A stretch of DNA of 54,182 nt, taken from the NCBI GenBank assembly GCA_903861715.1, contig CAIOVI010000037.1, positions 1 to 54,182 on the forward strand. The letters run 5' to 3'. Below the pieces are notes generated by a model that had not been told where the DNA came from, searched no databases, and saw only the letters and a program-made list of their open reading frames with translations. Positions within the stretch are counted from its first letter, which is position 1. Every line of letters begins with the position of its first letter. The translations under genes and the position numbers were made by a program. Shown one piece after another: positions 10,843-23,358 of this stretch. This DNA is from an uncultured bacterium. GTDB taxonomy: Bacteria > Patescibacteriota > Minisyncoccia > Moranbacterales > GWC2-37-73.

Positions 10843-12738
10843 CTAAACGTCCAACGCCTCCAGAATTTCTGCCAGACTGGCGGTGGCCACGCCGACGACA
10901 CTGTCGCCGCCGCCATAATACATGAAAATTTTGTCTGCTCGGTTTATGATGCCGCAAGGAAAAACCACTTTGGAAACTTGACCATTTTTTTCATAATCAG
11001 TTTCGGGTTCAAAAATAAAGTCCGTGCTTCTGGCCAGCACGACCGTTGGATCTTTCAAGGCAAGCAGCAACACTCCGACGCGATAGGTGCTGTTGTCAGA
11101 AACTCCGTGATAAAAAAGCAGCCAGCCTTTTTTGGTTTTGATTGGTGGCGCCGCAATGCCAACTTTTTGACTGTCCCACATGCCAATGCGCGGCCCCACA
11201 ATCGGCGTGAAACTTTCCACGTGCTCCCTTTCAAAATTTTCCGCTTTGACTGGATCAAGACAAATGTGATTGTGCGCTCGATGAAAAACGAAATGTCGTC
11301 CTTTGATTTTTTCTGGAAAAAGACAGGCATCTTTGTTGTCGATGCCAACCGGGGTGATGATGGTTGGCTGCGTCCAATTTTGCCACTGCCTTTTTGCAAA
11401 ATCTTTCAAGCTGATGCTTGCCGCAGCCACCACTGGCGGATTGACTCCATCATAAGCCGTGTAAAACAGATGCAAAGTATCTTCAATTTGAGTGAGGCGT
11501 GGGTCTTCGCAGCCCGAGTTTCCAGGATGCGATTTCATTTCAAAAGCTTCCCGAGGCCCATAAATAGGGCCTTCTAGCCTTTCCAAAATATCTTTGCCAT
11601 TTTTTGAAATCGCTAAACCCATCACCGAAGTGTCCTCGGAGCCCATTGCCCGATAAACAATGTAAATTTTGCCTTTCAGCTCAACCGCCGCTGGATTAAA
11701 CACCGCCTTGTTTTCCCAAGCGTGATTTTCAAGGGGCAGCAAAATTGGATTTTGCTGACTGCGAGTAAAAACTGGCTGCCTTTTGATGCTCCTTAGCAAA
11801 TCTTCCAAATTGACACTAGCCCGACAACAAGTCGTGTCGGTGGCGCCATAATAAATGAAAAGTTTTTTGCCAGCCACAAAAGCCCCCGATGGAAAAATGA
11901 CATTCGGCACTTGGCCAAATTCCTCATAAGTTTCTTCTGGCACCAGCAGTGGTCCAGAAGTTCTGGCCACAACTTTCGTCGGATCTTTCAAATCCAGCAG
12001 CAGCGCTTCGATTCCAAAAATTTTGTTGTCACTAAAATAATTTTGAATGTGAGAATAAATCAAAAGCCAACCATCTTTCGTTTTGATTGGAGCTGAACCT
12101 ATCTCGACGTGATCGCTCTCACCTCTGCGCAAAACAATGCGATGACTTTCAATTTCACGGTGCCACTTTTCCCAATAAGCTGGCGACCAAATTTCTTCCA
12201 AACTGTCAAACTCTGCCAAGGCCGTGATGACTGGCGGAGCGTCTGTGTGAGCACTGAGCATGGCCACATATTTTCCGTTTATTTTTTCCGGAAAAAGCAC
12301 CATAGCTTTAGCATTAAAAGGGGTGACCAGGTGCTTGCTGATAATTTTTTTGAAATCCTTGGTCGTGGCCACTGCAATCTTGATGCCCTCAGCGGCGAAA
12401 GGAAAAACTGAAAGCGCAGTGTAAAAAATGTAGTAAGTGTCATCAATTTTGGTCACGCGAGGATCTTCACAGCCAAACTGCTCCCATTCATATTCAGGAA
12501 AAATGAACTGCTTGCGTTTTTCATAGTGATGACCGTCCTTACTTTGAACATGGCCCACGGAAGAAATTCGCAGTTCTTTTTTGTGAACATACTGCGTGTC
12601 AGACTCGGCTCGATAAAGGGCATGAATTTTATTTTTGTCTTGAATCGGACACCAGTTGAAGGCGGCAAAAGATTCCCAAGAATGATCCAGTACTGGTTTC
12701 AGCAAAGGATTGTGAGTTGATTTTCTGACAACAAACAT
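10843..12738 (-). CDS. Tandem double-domain GH130 (DUF377) glycosidase/mannoside phosphorylase
   Basis: Two domains, each with NPxL, FNxxx, GCEDPR, GWLL and V(I/V)FP...YYGxxD. Confidence 0.9.
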   Translation of the reverse strand: MFVVRKSTHNPLLKPVLDHSWESFAAFNWCPIQDKNKIHALYRAESDTQYVHKKELRISSVGHVQSKDGHHYEKRKQFIFPEYEWEQFGCEDPRVTKIDDTYYIFYTALSVFPFAAEGIKIAVATTKDFKKIISKHLVTPFNAKAMVLFPEKINGKYVAMLSAHTDAPPVITALAEFDSLEEIWSPAYWEKWHREIESHRIVLRRGESDHVEIGSAPIKTKDGWLLIYSHIQNYFSDNKIFGIEALLLDLKDPTKVVARTSGPLLVPEETYEEFGQVPNVIFPSGAFVAGKKLFIYYGATDTTCCRASVNLEDLLRSIKRQPVFTRSQQNPILLPLENHAWENKAVFNPAAVELKGKIYIVYRAMGSEDTSVMGLAISKNGKDILERLEGPIYGPREAFEMKSHPGNSGCEDPRLTQIEDTLHLFYTAYDGVNPPVVAAASISLKDFAKRQWQNWTQPTIITPVGIDNKDACLFPEKIKGRHFVFHRAHNHICLDPVKAENFEREHVESFTPIVGPRIGMWDSQKVGIAAPPIKTKKGWLLFYHGVSDNSTYRVGVLLLALKDPTVVLARSTDFIFEPETDYEKNGQVSKVVFPCGIINRADKIFMYYGGGDSVVGVATASLAEILEALDV

Positions 12739-12795
12739 ATTTGTGATAATATTTACGATTTAAATTTGCAAAAAATTTGCAAACAGGTTTAAGCC

Positions 12796-14637
12796 CTAGC
12801 CTTGCAACTGCTGCAGAACTTCCTCGCCGGCAACTTCCTCTCCAGCAACTTCCCCTGAAGCAATCAAACCTTCCAAGAACTCATCCAGTTTTTCCGTCGC
12901 CACGCAAACCACACTATCAGCTCCGCCATAATAAACAAAAAGAGTCTCGTCTTTAATGGCAGCTCCGCAAACATAAACCACCCCAGCTTTGGCTCCGTGA
13001 TTTTCATAGTGGGCAGTTGGTTCCAAAATTGGATAAGTGCAGCGATGCAAAATTTTCGTCGGATCTTGATAATCCAAAATCAGCGCCCCAACTTTATATT
13101 TATCTGGGTCGCGCTTGTCCATTGCGTGATACAAAAGTAGCCAACCATATTTAGTCAAAAGTGGCGGCGCGCCAGCTCCTCTGACAACGTTATCCCAACG
13201 ATGTTCATCAAGCCCTGGTTTTTTCAAACTCTCAATCGTGATTTCTTCACCGTCCAAATCATCGACATATTCAATGGAAATTTTCGGTGTGATGCTGTGC
13301 AAAATTGCATATTTGCCGTTGATTTTCTCGGGAAAAATCATCCAATTTTTTTGAATTTCTCCCGCCCTGGAAATCAACTTTGGTTTTTTCCATTTCCAAT
13401 CTTTGCTCAAAAAATCCTGCACCTTGATGGAAGTCAAGGCAACTCCTGGTGGATTGCAACCATCAAAAAAAACATAGGTCACGAAAATTCTTTTGCCAAT
13501 TTGAGTTGCCCGAGGATCTTCGCAGCCAGCCCAACTGCCGCCTGAAACATAGGGAGAAGCAGTGGAGGGACTTTGTTGAATTCTCAAATTTTCTGCCAAC
13601 GAAAAAACTGGTTGGTCCAATCGTTCGCTGATGGAAATTCCATCCTGAGAGTTGGCATAGCCCAAAACCGAAATCCCATTTTCTCCAATTGCCCGATAGA
13701 GCAAATGAATCTTGCCCTCCAGGCACAAGGCCGCTGGATTGAAAGTGGCATCTTTCTCCCAGCTGTTGGCTGGCTCTGGTTTAAGGATAGGATTGCTAGC
13801 GTGTCTTTTTAGTTGCCTGGCTTTTTCACTTGGCACCAAACCAGAAGAAGCCAAATTAATTGTTTTGACAAAAAATTCATTTTCAAAAGATGACCAATAT
13901 ATTTGCAAGGACTGCTTGACCAAGGCGCAACCCAAAAAACGCACGTCATATTTTTTCTTGGCCACAGATTCTTCCCACAGTGGGAGCTGCGATCTCCAAA
14001 TAGGCGCATAGGGTTTGTCCAAGGAAAACAAAGCGCAACCAATCTTTATTTCATAGTTGCTTTTTTTGTCGACTCTAGCATCATACAAAACCAAAATCCC
14101 GCGCGGCACAATCACTGTGCCAATGACATGCAAGGCGGCGCCCTCATCAAAAAAAGCCTCTGCTCTTTTCGGCAACAAGGATCCCGTTTTGTGCCAATGC
14201 ACCAAGTTGTCTGAAGCGGCCACCTGCAACGACTCGCCGCCAAAATAGGTCAGGAAGTTTTTCTTATATTTAAAGTTTGAAACAATCGGAAACAGAGCCG
14301 CCACGTCAGAAGTTTCAGCTGTAATTTTGAAATTGAGCAAGTCACTTGATTGAGCAATCAGGATTTGCTTTTCCCCTTTGCTCGTTTGCGAAAAGATGAG
14401 ATTAGCCTGATTTCCATAAGCAAAAAAGGAAAGTTGCCCACAATCAAACAGGCTCTTTTTTTGGCCGTCTTCATCAGTGAGATGCAGCTCATATTTGTTG
14501 CCAAAGGTCAGCCCATCTTCACTTTGCGACAAAAATATTCTTGTCTCACTAGGAGTCTTAACTCCATAAACAAACATCACCTTCTTCCCGTGAGGCACGA
14601 CTGAAAAAGGATAAAATGTAGCCTTCGCTGTTTTCAT
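12796..14637 (-). CDS. GH130 family glycosidase with a degenerate N-terminal propeller
   Basis: C-terminal half has NPILKP, FNPAA, GCEDPR, QKNW, GWLLLYH, YYGGAD; N-terminal half lacks EDPR. Confidence 0.85.
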   Translation of the reverse strand: MKTAKATFYPFSVVPHGKKVMFVYGVKTPSETRIFLSQSEDGLTFGNKYELHLTDEDGQKKSLFDCGQLSFFAYGNQANLIFSQTSKGEKQILIAQSSDLLNFKITAETSDVAALFPIVSNFKYKKNFLTYFGGESLQVAASDNLVHWHKTGSLLPKRAEAFFDEGAALHVIGTVIVPRGILVLYDARVDKKSNYEIKIGCALFSLDKPYAPIWRSQLPLWEESVAKKKYDVRFLGCALVKQSLQIYWSSFENEFFVKTINLASSGLVPSEKARQLKRHASNPILKPEPANSWEKDATFNPAALCLEGKIHLLYRAIGENGISVLGYANSQDGISISERLDQPVFSLAENLRIQQSPSTASPYVSGGSWAGCEDPRATQIGKRIFVTYVFFDGCNPPGVALTSIKVQDFLSKDWKWKKPKLISRAGEIQKNWMIFPEKINGKYAILHSITPKISIEYVDDLDGEEITIESLKKPGLDEHRWDNVVRGAGAPPLLTKYGWLLLYHAMDKRDPDKYKVGALILDYQDPTKILHRCTYPILEPTAHYENHGAKAGVVYVCGAAIKDETLFVYYGGADSVVCVATEKLDEFLEGLIASGEVAGEEVAGEEVLQQLQG

Positions 14638-14753
14638 TTTTATTTTTTTTATTTATATCAAACCAACTTAACCAGCAAGCAAAAAACTGAAAAAAACTCC
14701 TTCCCCGCATAGGTCAACTTTTTCTTCGAGACAGTATTTCAGTTAACCCATCG

Positions 14754-15098
14754 CTACAACTTCCGACCGTAAGCATCCTCTATTCTGAGTATATCACTTT
14801 CTTCAAAATCTCCAAAGGCAATTTCCAAAATTTCCACTTTTTCTGTCTGCGCCTCCAGACGATGAACCGTTTTTTGCGGAATGAAAAATTCATCTCCAGC
14901 TTTTGCCTTTTGAATTTCTGCTCCCACGGTGACCAGCGGATCGCCCAAAAGAACCACCCAAAATTCACTGCGCTTCTGATGAGATTGCAAACTCAAACTC
15001 TGACCACTTTCGACACTTATCAGCTTGATGGTTGAATTTTCATTCTCCGTAAACTGACGAAACTGACCCCACGGCCTTTGATCATTTTTGATGTTCAT
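14754..15098 (-). CDS. Mannose-6-phosphate isomerase, cupin type II C-terminal domain
   Basis: RPWG, LSLQSHQKRSEFWVV, HRL, ESDILRIEDAYGR. Confidence 0.92.
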   Translation of the reverse strand: MNIKNDQRPWGQFRQFTENENSTIKLISVESGQSLSLQSHQKRSEFWVVLLGDPLVTVGAEIQKAKAGDEFFIPQKTVHRLEAQTEKVEILEIAFGDFEESDILRIEDAYGRKL

Positions 15099-15177
15099 TT
15101 TTTTGTTTTAAAAGTTGCTTAATTTCAATACGCCCGCAAATCAAACTTTCTGTCAAAAAAGAATTGGAAAAATACCT

Positions 15178-15282
15178 TATACCAACTTAATTTAATTCAT
15201 TCCGCCTTGTAAGCGACCAAGTCCCCCATTGGGGATTTAGTCCCTTTGCGTGCAGTAGCACTAATTTAGTTAATTCGATATT
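15178..15282. mobile_element. MITE-like element, copy 1
   Basis: TATACCAACTTAA...AGTTAATTCGATAT; homologous to 22471-22556, imperfect terminal inverted repeats. Confidence 0.75.
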
Positions 15283-15814
15283 ACTGCAAAAATTCCAAGT
15301 ATCGTAAGAAGTTTTCATAAACTTCCAGCGCATTTTGAGTGGTTTGGCGATCAACTTCAAAATCAGTTTCGTGCACGATGCGATTGCGAAGTTTGTGGAC
15401 TTCGGAAAGAGTTTCGCGATGATCATCCAAATGCATCTCACTGACCTGCTCAAGTTTTTGAGTCATATTTTCGCCGCGAAAACCAACCCCAGCCAAAAGT
15501 TCCTCCACCAGGGCGTCCGCTTCAATAATAGCCACTTTGTATTGGGAAACATTTTCGCTCTTGAGTCTGTCTTTGATTTTGTCCCAACGTTTTTGCATTT
15601 TGTTTTTTGATATCAGCGGAATATCCGACCCTTTGGTTCCGACTCGCAGATCCCATGTGATGTCCCTAAGCACCAAAAGCAAGACGATGTCGGCAAAAAC
15701 CACCACCACATAAATCGCAATCAAAATTTTGAATACCAAAAACAGCGGTGAATAATAAAGGCCCACCACACCCGAAGTCAAATTGTCCACAAAAGTTATT
15801 GCACCGTAATCCAT
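15281..15814 (-). CDS. Hypothetical membrane-anchored protein with an RNxxxH motif
   Basis: N-terminal TM helix, AIIEAD, HKLRNRIVHE. Confidence 0.85.
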   Translation of the reverse strand: MDYGAITFVDNLTSGVVGLYYSPLFLVFKILIAIYVVVVFADIVLLLVLRDITWDLRVGTKGSDIPLISKNKMQKRWDKIKDRLKSENVSQYKVAIIEADALVEELLAGVGFRGENMTQKLEQVSEMHLDDHRETLSEVHKLRNRIVHETDFEVDRQTTQNALEVYENFLRYLEFLQ

Positions 15815-15948
15815 ATTTTTTAGCCAAGGACTTTATCCGTCTTATCGGTCTTATTCGTCCTATGATTTTTGTCTTATTTTTATTATCTAGCAAAGTGAGC
15901 GAAATGAAAGTAATCTTTCATTTCCGAACGAGCGACGATAACAAAAGG

Positions 15949-16012
15949 TTAATACCTCACCGATTTTATCGGTGTGATCCCGAAGGGTACAGGGCTTGCC
16001 CTGGGGTATTAA
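15949..16012. repeat. Multi-hairpin palindromic element downstream of gatA
   Basis: TTAATACC...GGTATTAA outer stem enclosing CACCGAT/ATCGGTG, CCC/GGG and CAGGGC/GCCCTG hairpins. Confidence 0.6.
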
Positions 16013-16019
16013 TACCCTT

Positions 16020-17519
16020 TTATTGATTTATTTCAAACGTATGCGCAGCATTGAGAATGCCTTCTTCATCAAACCACTGCCCAATCAATTGTCCGCCCAC
16101 TGGAAGTCCCCCAGCTGGTGGATTGCCCTCTTTCACAACCCTGCCAATCGGAAAAGAAATTGCTGGCAGCCCGGCCAAATTCACAGAAATCGTAAAGATG
16201 TCTGAAAGATACATCTTGATTGGATCCTCGCTTTTCTCACCAAATTTGAAAGCCACTTCCGGAGAGGTTGGACAATAAATCAAATCCACTTTTTCATAAG
16301 CTTTTTCAAAATCCCGGCGAATGAGCGCCCGCACTTTTTGAGCTTTGAGATAATAAGCATCATAGTAACCAGCGCTCAAGGCATACGTTCCCAACATGAT
16401 GCGACGTTTGATCTCATCCCCAAAACCAATTTTGCGCGTGTCCAAATAAGTCTCCAACAAATTTTTTGAAGATTTTGGCAAATTTTCGTTTCTGCCCAAT
16501 TCGCTTTCTTGATTCGCCTTTAATTCGTTTTCCAATTCAGATATTCGCAGCCCAAATTTAATTCCATCAAATTTCGCCAAGTTGGAACTGACCTCACTGG
16601 TCATCAAAATATAGTAAACTGGCAAGGCATACTGACTGTGAGGCAAACTAATTGTTTCGATTTTGGCTCCCAAGGTTTTGAATTTTTCTACTGATTTTTG
16701 AAAAATTTCCAAAATTTCTCCTTCCAAATTTTCCACGTATTCTTTCGGCACGCCAATAATCTTGCCAGCAATGTCACCAGTCAAAAAGTCTTCATATTTT
16801 TTGTCGCCACTTTGCGCGCTGGTTGCATCCAGTGGGTCTTGCCCAGCCAGGGCGCTCAGCACAATCGCTGCATCTTCGACAGTTTTCGTGAAGGGTCCAA
16901 TTTGATCAAGACTTGAAGCCATCGCCATAGCTCCAAATCTGGAAACTCGACCATAAGTAGGCTTGAGTCCCACCACGCCGCAAAAAGAAGCAGGTTGCCT
17001 GATTGAACCGCCTGTATCAGTGCCCAAAGACCAAACCGCCTCGCCAGCTGCCACCGCCGCTGCGCTGCCACCCGAAGATCCGCCCGGCACCCGAGTTGTG
17101 TCCACTGGATTTTTCGTCAATTGATAGGCACTGGTTTCCGTGGAAGATCCCATCGCAAACTCGTCCTGATTAGTTTTACCTAAAATTATCGCCCCATTTT
17201 CCTTGAGCTTTCTGATCACAGTTGCATCATAGGGCGCGACATAATTGTCCAAAATTTTTGAACCAGCCGTAGCGCGCACGCCTTCCACCAAAATCAAATC
17301 CTTAATCGCCCCAGGAATGCCTGCCAACAAATTTATTTCTTCGCCTTGGGCAATTTTTTCATCCACCAGCTTGGCCTGCGCCAAAGCCAGCTCTCTTGTC
17401 AAAGTCAAATAAGCTCCAATTTCTCCATCTTTTTCCTCAATCACGTCAAAATACTGCTCCGCCAATTGAGTGGCCGTGATTTCTTTGCCTATTAATTTAT
17501 TGTGAAGATCCCTAATCAT
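16020..17519 (-). CDS. gatA: Asp-tRNA(Asn)/Glu-tRNA(Gln) amidotransferase subunit A
   Basis: GKTNQDEFAMGSS, PGGSSGGS, GTDTGGSIRQPA, RRIMLGTYALSAGYYDAYY. Confidence 0.97.
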   Translation of the reverse strand: MIRDLHNKLIGKEITATQLAEQYFDVIEEKDGEIGAYLTLTRELALAQAKLVDEKIAQGEEINLLAGIPGAIKDLILVEGVRATAGSKILDNYVAPYDATVIRKLKENGAIILGKTNQDEFAMGSSTETSAYQLTKNPVDTTRVPGGSSGGSAAAVAAGEAVWSLGTDTGGSIRQPASFCGVVGLKPTYGRVSRFGAMAMASSLDQIGPFTKTVEDAAIVLSALAGQDPLDATSAQSGDKKYEDFLTGDIAGKIIGVPKEYVENLEGEILEIFQKSVEKFKTLGAKIETISLPHSQYALPVYYILMTSEVSSNLAKFDGIKFGLRISELENELKANQESELGRNENLPKSSKNLLETYLDTRKIGFGDEIKRRIMLGTYALSAGYYDAYYLKAQKVRALIRRDFEKAYEKVDLIYCPTSPEVAFKFGEKSEDPIKMYLSDIFTISVNLAGLPAISFPIGRVVKEGNPPAGGLPVGGQLIGQWFDEEGILNAAHTFEINQ

Positions 17520-17594
17520 AAATAAAAAAAATTAAAAAATTTTATCCGCCTTATCAGTCCTATTTCCCCAAAACACCCTAATCCCCCTAAAAAC

Positions 17595-17882
17595 CTATAA
17601 AACCGACTTAACCTTCACATATCCATCCTTTTGCTCTGGCGCATTTTGCATGATTGCTTGTTTTCCAAGGTCGCCAAAATCAACTTGCCTGTCTGTGCGA
17701 AAAACATTTTCCATGCCTGTGATGTGCCCAATCGGCTCAATTCCGTCAACATTCACTTCGTCCAACTTTTTGAAATAATCCAAAATTTCAGACAAGTCAT
17801 GTTGATACTTTTCCACATCTTTTTCGCTGACTCCAATTCTGGCCAGCGTGGCAATGTGCAAAATTTCTTCTTTAGTTAACAT
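17595..17882 (-). CDS. gatC: Amidotransferase subunit C
   Basis: HIATLARI...NVFRTD...NAPE; directly upstream of gatA. Confidence 0.95.
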   Translation of the reverse strand: MLTKEEILHIATLARIGVSEKDVEKYQHDLSEILDYFKKLDEVNVDGIEPIGHITGMENVFRTDRQVDFGDLGKQAIMQNAPEQKDGYVKVKSVL

Positions 17883-17964
17883 AAATTTTTGAAAAAAATA
17901 ATCAGTCTTATTGGTCCTATTTGTCTTATTCTTATTCTTATTCTTATTCCTATTCTTATCAGTC

Positions 17965-20568
<2,604 letters not shown>

Positions 20569-20633
20569 TCAAAAAAAGCATCCAAAAATGCTTTTTAAAA
20601 GAAGTAAGCTGCTGTCTATTCCAAGCTTTAAAC

Positions 20634-21194
20634 TCAGTTTGGCTTGTAGTTTCGCAGCGAAACTGCCATTTGAATTTGCATCGGTGCCGAAGTTTGTGTG
20701 TCATCCTTAATAGTCAAAGCAATTATGACAAAACCAAGTGTTGTTGGAGTTGAAGGCACCACCTTAAAAGAAGCACTTTGCACATCCGCTGCCGTCAAAT
20801 CCTGCGCTCCACCCATTGAAGTAAAAGCACATTTATCCACTGTCCCCTGTCCAGCTTCAGTGCTATAGCTGGCCTGCATTTTCTTTCCCACTGAATCCCA
20901 AGAATATTTCAAACACTTTGCTTGGGAAAAGTCATAAACCTGCAGGATATTTGTTCCTTCAGCTTTAACATCACTAACTCTAATTGTCTTAGCCATCAGG
21001 TTCATGGCAAACTGGCCGCCTTCAACCCCTTGCAAAGTTTTTTTGCTTTCCGTGTAATTTTTCAAAAAAGAAGAAAAAACTCCAGACACCAAAACCGACA
21101 ACAATGAAAAAAGCAACACCGCAATCAGCGTTTCGATCAGCGTGAAGCCCTTTGAATTTTTTTTCGGCTGCTGCATTTTTTTGGATAGTGACAT
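20634..21194 (-). CDS. Minor type IV pilin-like protein (PilW-like)
   Basis: KG/FTLIETL prepilin cleavage motif. Confidence 0.9.
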   Translation of the reverse strand: MSLSKKMQQPKKNSKGFTLIETLIAVLLFSLLSVLVSGVFSSFLKNYTESKKTLQGVEGGQFAMNLMAKTIRVSDVKAEGTNILQVYDFSQAKCLKYSWDSVGKKMQASYSTEAGQGTVDKCAFTSMGGAQDLTAADVQSASFKVVPSTPTTLGFVIIALTIKDDTQTSAPMQIQMAVSLRNYKPN

Positions 21195-21204
21195 AAAAAT
21201 AGAT

Positions 21205-21762
21205 TTAATAGGAAATAACCAGGGTTGCGGTCACACACTTGTTTGAAATAGTGCAACTGGCTGGAAAACCACCACTACCGTCCCAGGAAACCGTGCTAGT
21301 GATTGTTCTTTGCCCAGCAACAGCACCGTTTATATCAACTCTTCTGCTAAACTTAGTTGTTTGCGCACTAACAGTGTGCGAATAAAAGCCATTTGCATCT
21401 AAATACAACTGATACGCTCCCCCGGCTGACACAAATCTGATGGCAGCTGGAGAAACAGCAACATTCGCATCAATTCGATAACTGCTATAGTTGCTGCCAT
21501 TGACCAACACGCCATTATCATTCAAATTCTTGACCAACTCAAGACTCTCTTGCACCAGCTGGGCTGCAATAACTTGATTTTTGGCTGTCATGGAAACTCT
21601 GATGCTTGAAGTCATAATGGAAACAACACTAAGAATGCCAAAAGAAAAAACCAGCAAAGTGAACAAAACCTCAACCAAAGAAAAACCCTTTGCTCGCCTT
21701 AAGCCAGTCAAAGTTTTTTCTTTTTTGAATTTTTTTTTCAGTTTCAAATTCTTCACAACCAT
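21205..21762 (-). CDS. Minor type IV pilin-like protein (PilV-like)
   Basis: KG/FSLVEVL, AAQLVQESLELVKN, FSRRVDI, STVSW. Confidence 0.9.
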   Translation of the reverse strand: MVVKNLKLKKKFKKEKTLTGLRRAKGFSLVEVLFTLLVFSFGILSVVSIMTSSIRVSMTAKNQVIAAQLVQESLELVKNLNDNGVLVNGSNYSSYRIDANVAVSPAAIRFVSAGGAYQLYLDANGFYSHTVSAQTTKFSRRVDINGAVAGQRTITSTVSWDGSGGFPASCTISNKCVTATLVISY

Positions 21763-21812
21763 TTTAATGATTCTTATGACAAATTATTTCTAGTCGACTG
21801 CTAAACTAGCTG

Positions 21813-22457
21813 CTAGGGGCACCCGGTTTTCTTGGCATAAATATTAGCTGCGCCCGTAACTGAGCCGTCAACCGTTCCTCCCACGGAGACACAAACATAA
21901 TAATCATCAGTTCCTGTTGAAAGTTTTATAAAGCCAGAGCTTGCATCCCCACGAGGTGAAAAGAAACTGATGCCAGCAGTTGGCGTAAAGGTGGCTGTGA
22001 CGTTGCTCCGGTCTCGGTTGGAAGTCAAAAATCCCCCAATTTGATAATTGATTGTCGGCGTAGCATTGGCCATATCAGCGCAAGTCCGATAAGCAAAAAG
22101 ATATTTTTTGGGATTAACAGGCTCAATTGAGGCCATATTGGAAGGATAAAAAGTGAGCATGCAAACAGCCGAACCCCCTATCAGCCTGCCATTGATAGCG
22201 TCATTCTGTAAAGCTCTAATATTTGCCACAACTTGCAAGGCCGCAACTTCAGCTTCACTATTGCTCTTGCGGCTACCGAGATTGACAAACAAGGCTGCGC
22301 TCATGATAGCGATAATAACGATCACAATCAAAAGTTCCAGCAAGGAAAAGCCGCGCCTAGTATTCAAGCCGATATTTTTTGCTCTTTGATCTAGTTGAAT
22401 TTTGAAATCGCTCCTTCCAACTAAATTTTGTTTTTGTTTTTTTTGTTTGATTGCCAT
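21813..22457 (-). CDS. Minor type IV pilin-like protein (FimT/GspH-like)
   Basis: RG/FSLLELLIVI, IRALQNDA, ISFFSPRG. Confidence 0.88.
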   Translation of the reverse strand: MAIKQKKQKQNLVGRSDFKIQLDQRAKNIGLNTRRGFSLLELLIVIVIIAIMSAALFVNLGSRKSNSEAEVAALQVVANIRALQNDAINGRLIGGSAVCMLTFYPSNMASIEPVNPKKYLFAYRTCADMANATPTINYQIGGFLTSNRDRSNVTATFTPTAGISFFSPRGDASSGFIKLSTGTDDYYVCVSVGGTVDGSVTGAANIYAKKTGCP

Positions 22458-22470
22458 AAGAGATACCAAC

Positions 22471-22556
22471 TATACCAACTTAACTTAATTCATTTCACCC
22501 TGTAAGGGACTAAGTCCCTTTGCGTGAAGTAGCACTAGTTTAGTTAATTCGATATA
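22471..22556. mobile_element. MITE-like element, copy 2
   Basis: TATACCAACTTAACT...AGTTAATTCGATATA with TA-ended imperfect terminal inverted repeats; adjoins the pilD stop. Confidence 0.78.
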
Positions 22557-22557
22557 A

Positions 22558-23358
22558 CTAACCCAGAAGCAAGAAATAACTTTGCAATTGAGGAAAAATT
22601 TGGGGCAGCAGAATCACTAGGAAAACGCCACTAATCAAAAAGGGCGCAAAGGGAACTTGACTTTTCAAACTTTTGCTGCCAAAAGCAATGAGCAGCACGC
22701 TCACAAAAGCTCCGATCACAAAGGAAAGCAGGAGCGCTCCCAAAATATTCGGCCAACCGACAACCAAACCTGCCAAAAAACCTAAATAAGCATCACCCCA
22801 GCCCATCCAAGTTTCCTTGGAATAGCCTGCCAGGGCTGCAAAGAAACCGCCCGCCACCAAGCCGCCCAAAATTCCAGCCGCAATTTTCAAATCAAAAATA
22901 GAACTTGCTAAGGCAAAATTTTGCCAATCTGTGAAAACAAAATAAACCAAACTCACGCCAACCCCCAACCACAAAATGAGCATGGGGATTTCCATATATT
23001 TGAAATCATACACAAAAATGATTAACAAGATGGCAAAAATAATCAAATAAAAGGCCACCAGTGGCCAAGTTGAAAAATCAAGGGCATCAAAAAAATAGCT
23101 GCCTACCAAGGCGAAAAGCACCCCCGTGGAAGCCTCCACGACTGGATATTGCCAAGAAATTTTTTCGCCACAATCCCGACAGCGCGCACTGAGCAAAATA
23201 AAACTCAGCACTGGCACATTGTCAAACCAACGAACTTGCTTTTTGCAATGCGGACAATGACTGCGCTCCAATAAAGATTCCACCACATTAAGACGATACA
23301 CCACCGCATTGAGAAAACTGCCAATGATCAGTCCGAAAATCAAAAAAATAATCCACAT
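22558..23358 (-). CDS. pilD: Prepilin peptidase/N-methyltransferase
   Basis: GSFLNAVVYR, RSHCPHC, RCRDC, ISWQYP, MGWGD, VPFAPFL. Confidence 0.96.
   Translation of the reverse strand: MWIIFLIFGLIIGSFLNAVVYRLNVVESLLERSHCPHCKKQVRWFDNVPVLSFILLSARCRDCGEKISWQYPVVEASTGVLFALVGSYFFDALDFSTWPLVAFYLIIFAILLIIFVYDFKYMEIPMLILWLGVGVSLVYFVFTDWQNFALASSIFDLKIAAGILGGLVAGGFFAALAGYSKETWMGWGDAYLGFLAGLVVGWPNILGALLLSFVIGAFVSVLLIAFGSKSLKSQVPFAPFLISGVFLVILLPQIFPQLQSYFLLLG

Noticed and set aside
10726-11577. 283-aa plus-strand ORF
   Set aside because: It starts inside tRNA-Asp and is antisense to the GH130 gene.
12820-12858. 15-bp tandem repeat encoding EEVAG at the GH130 C-terminus
   Set aside because: Simple slippage in a disordered tail; no wider pattern.
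16020-17882. gatB missing next to gatCA
   Set aside because: Split gat operons are common; gatB may lie outside the window.
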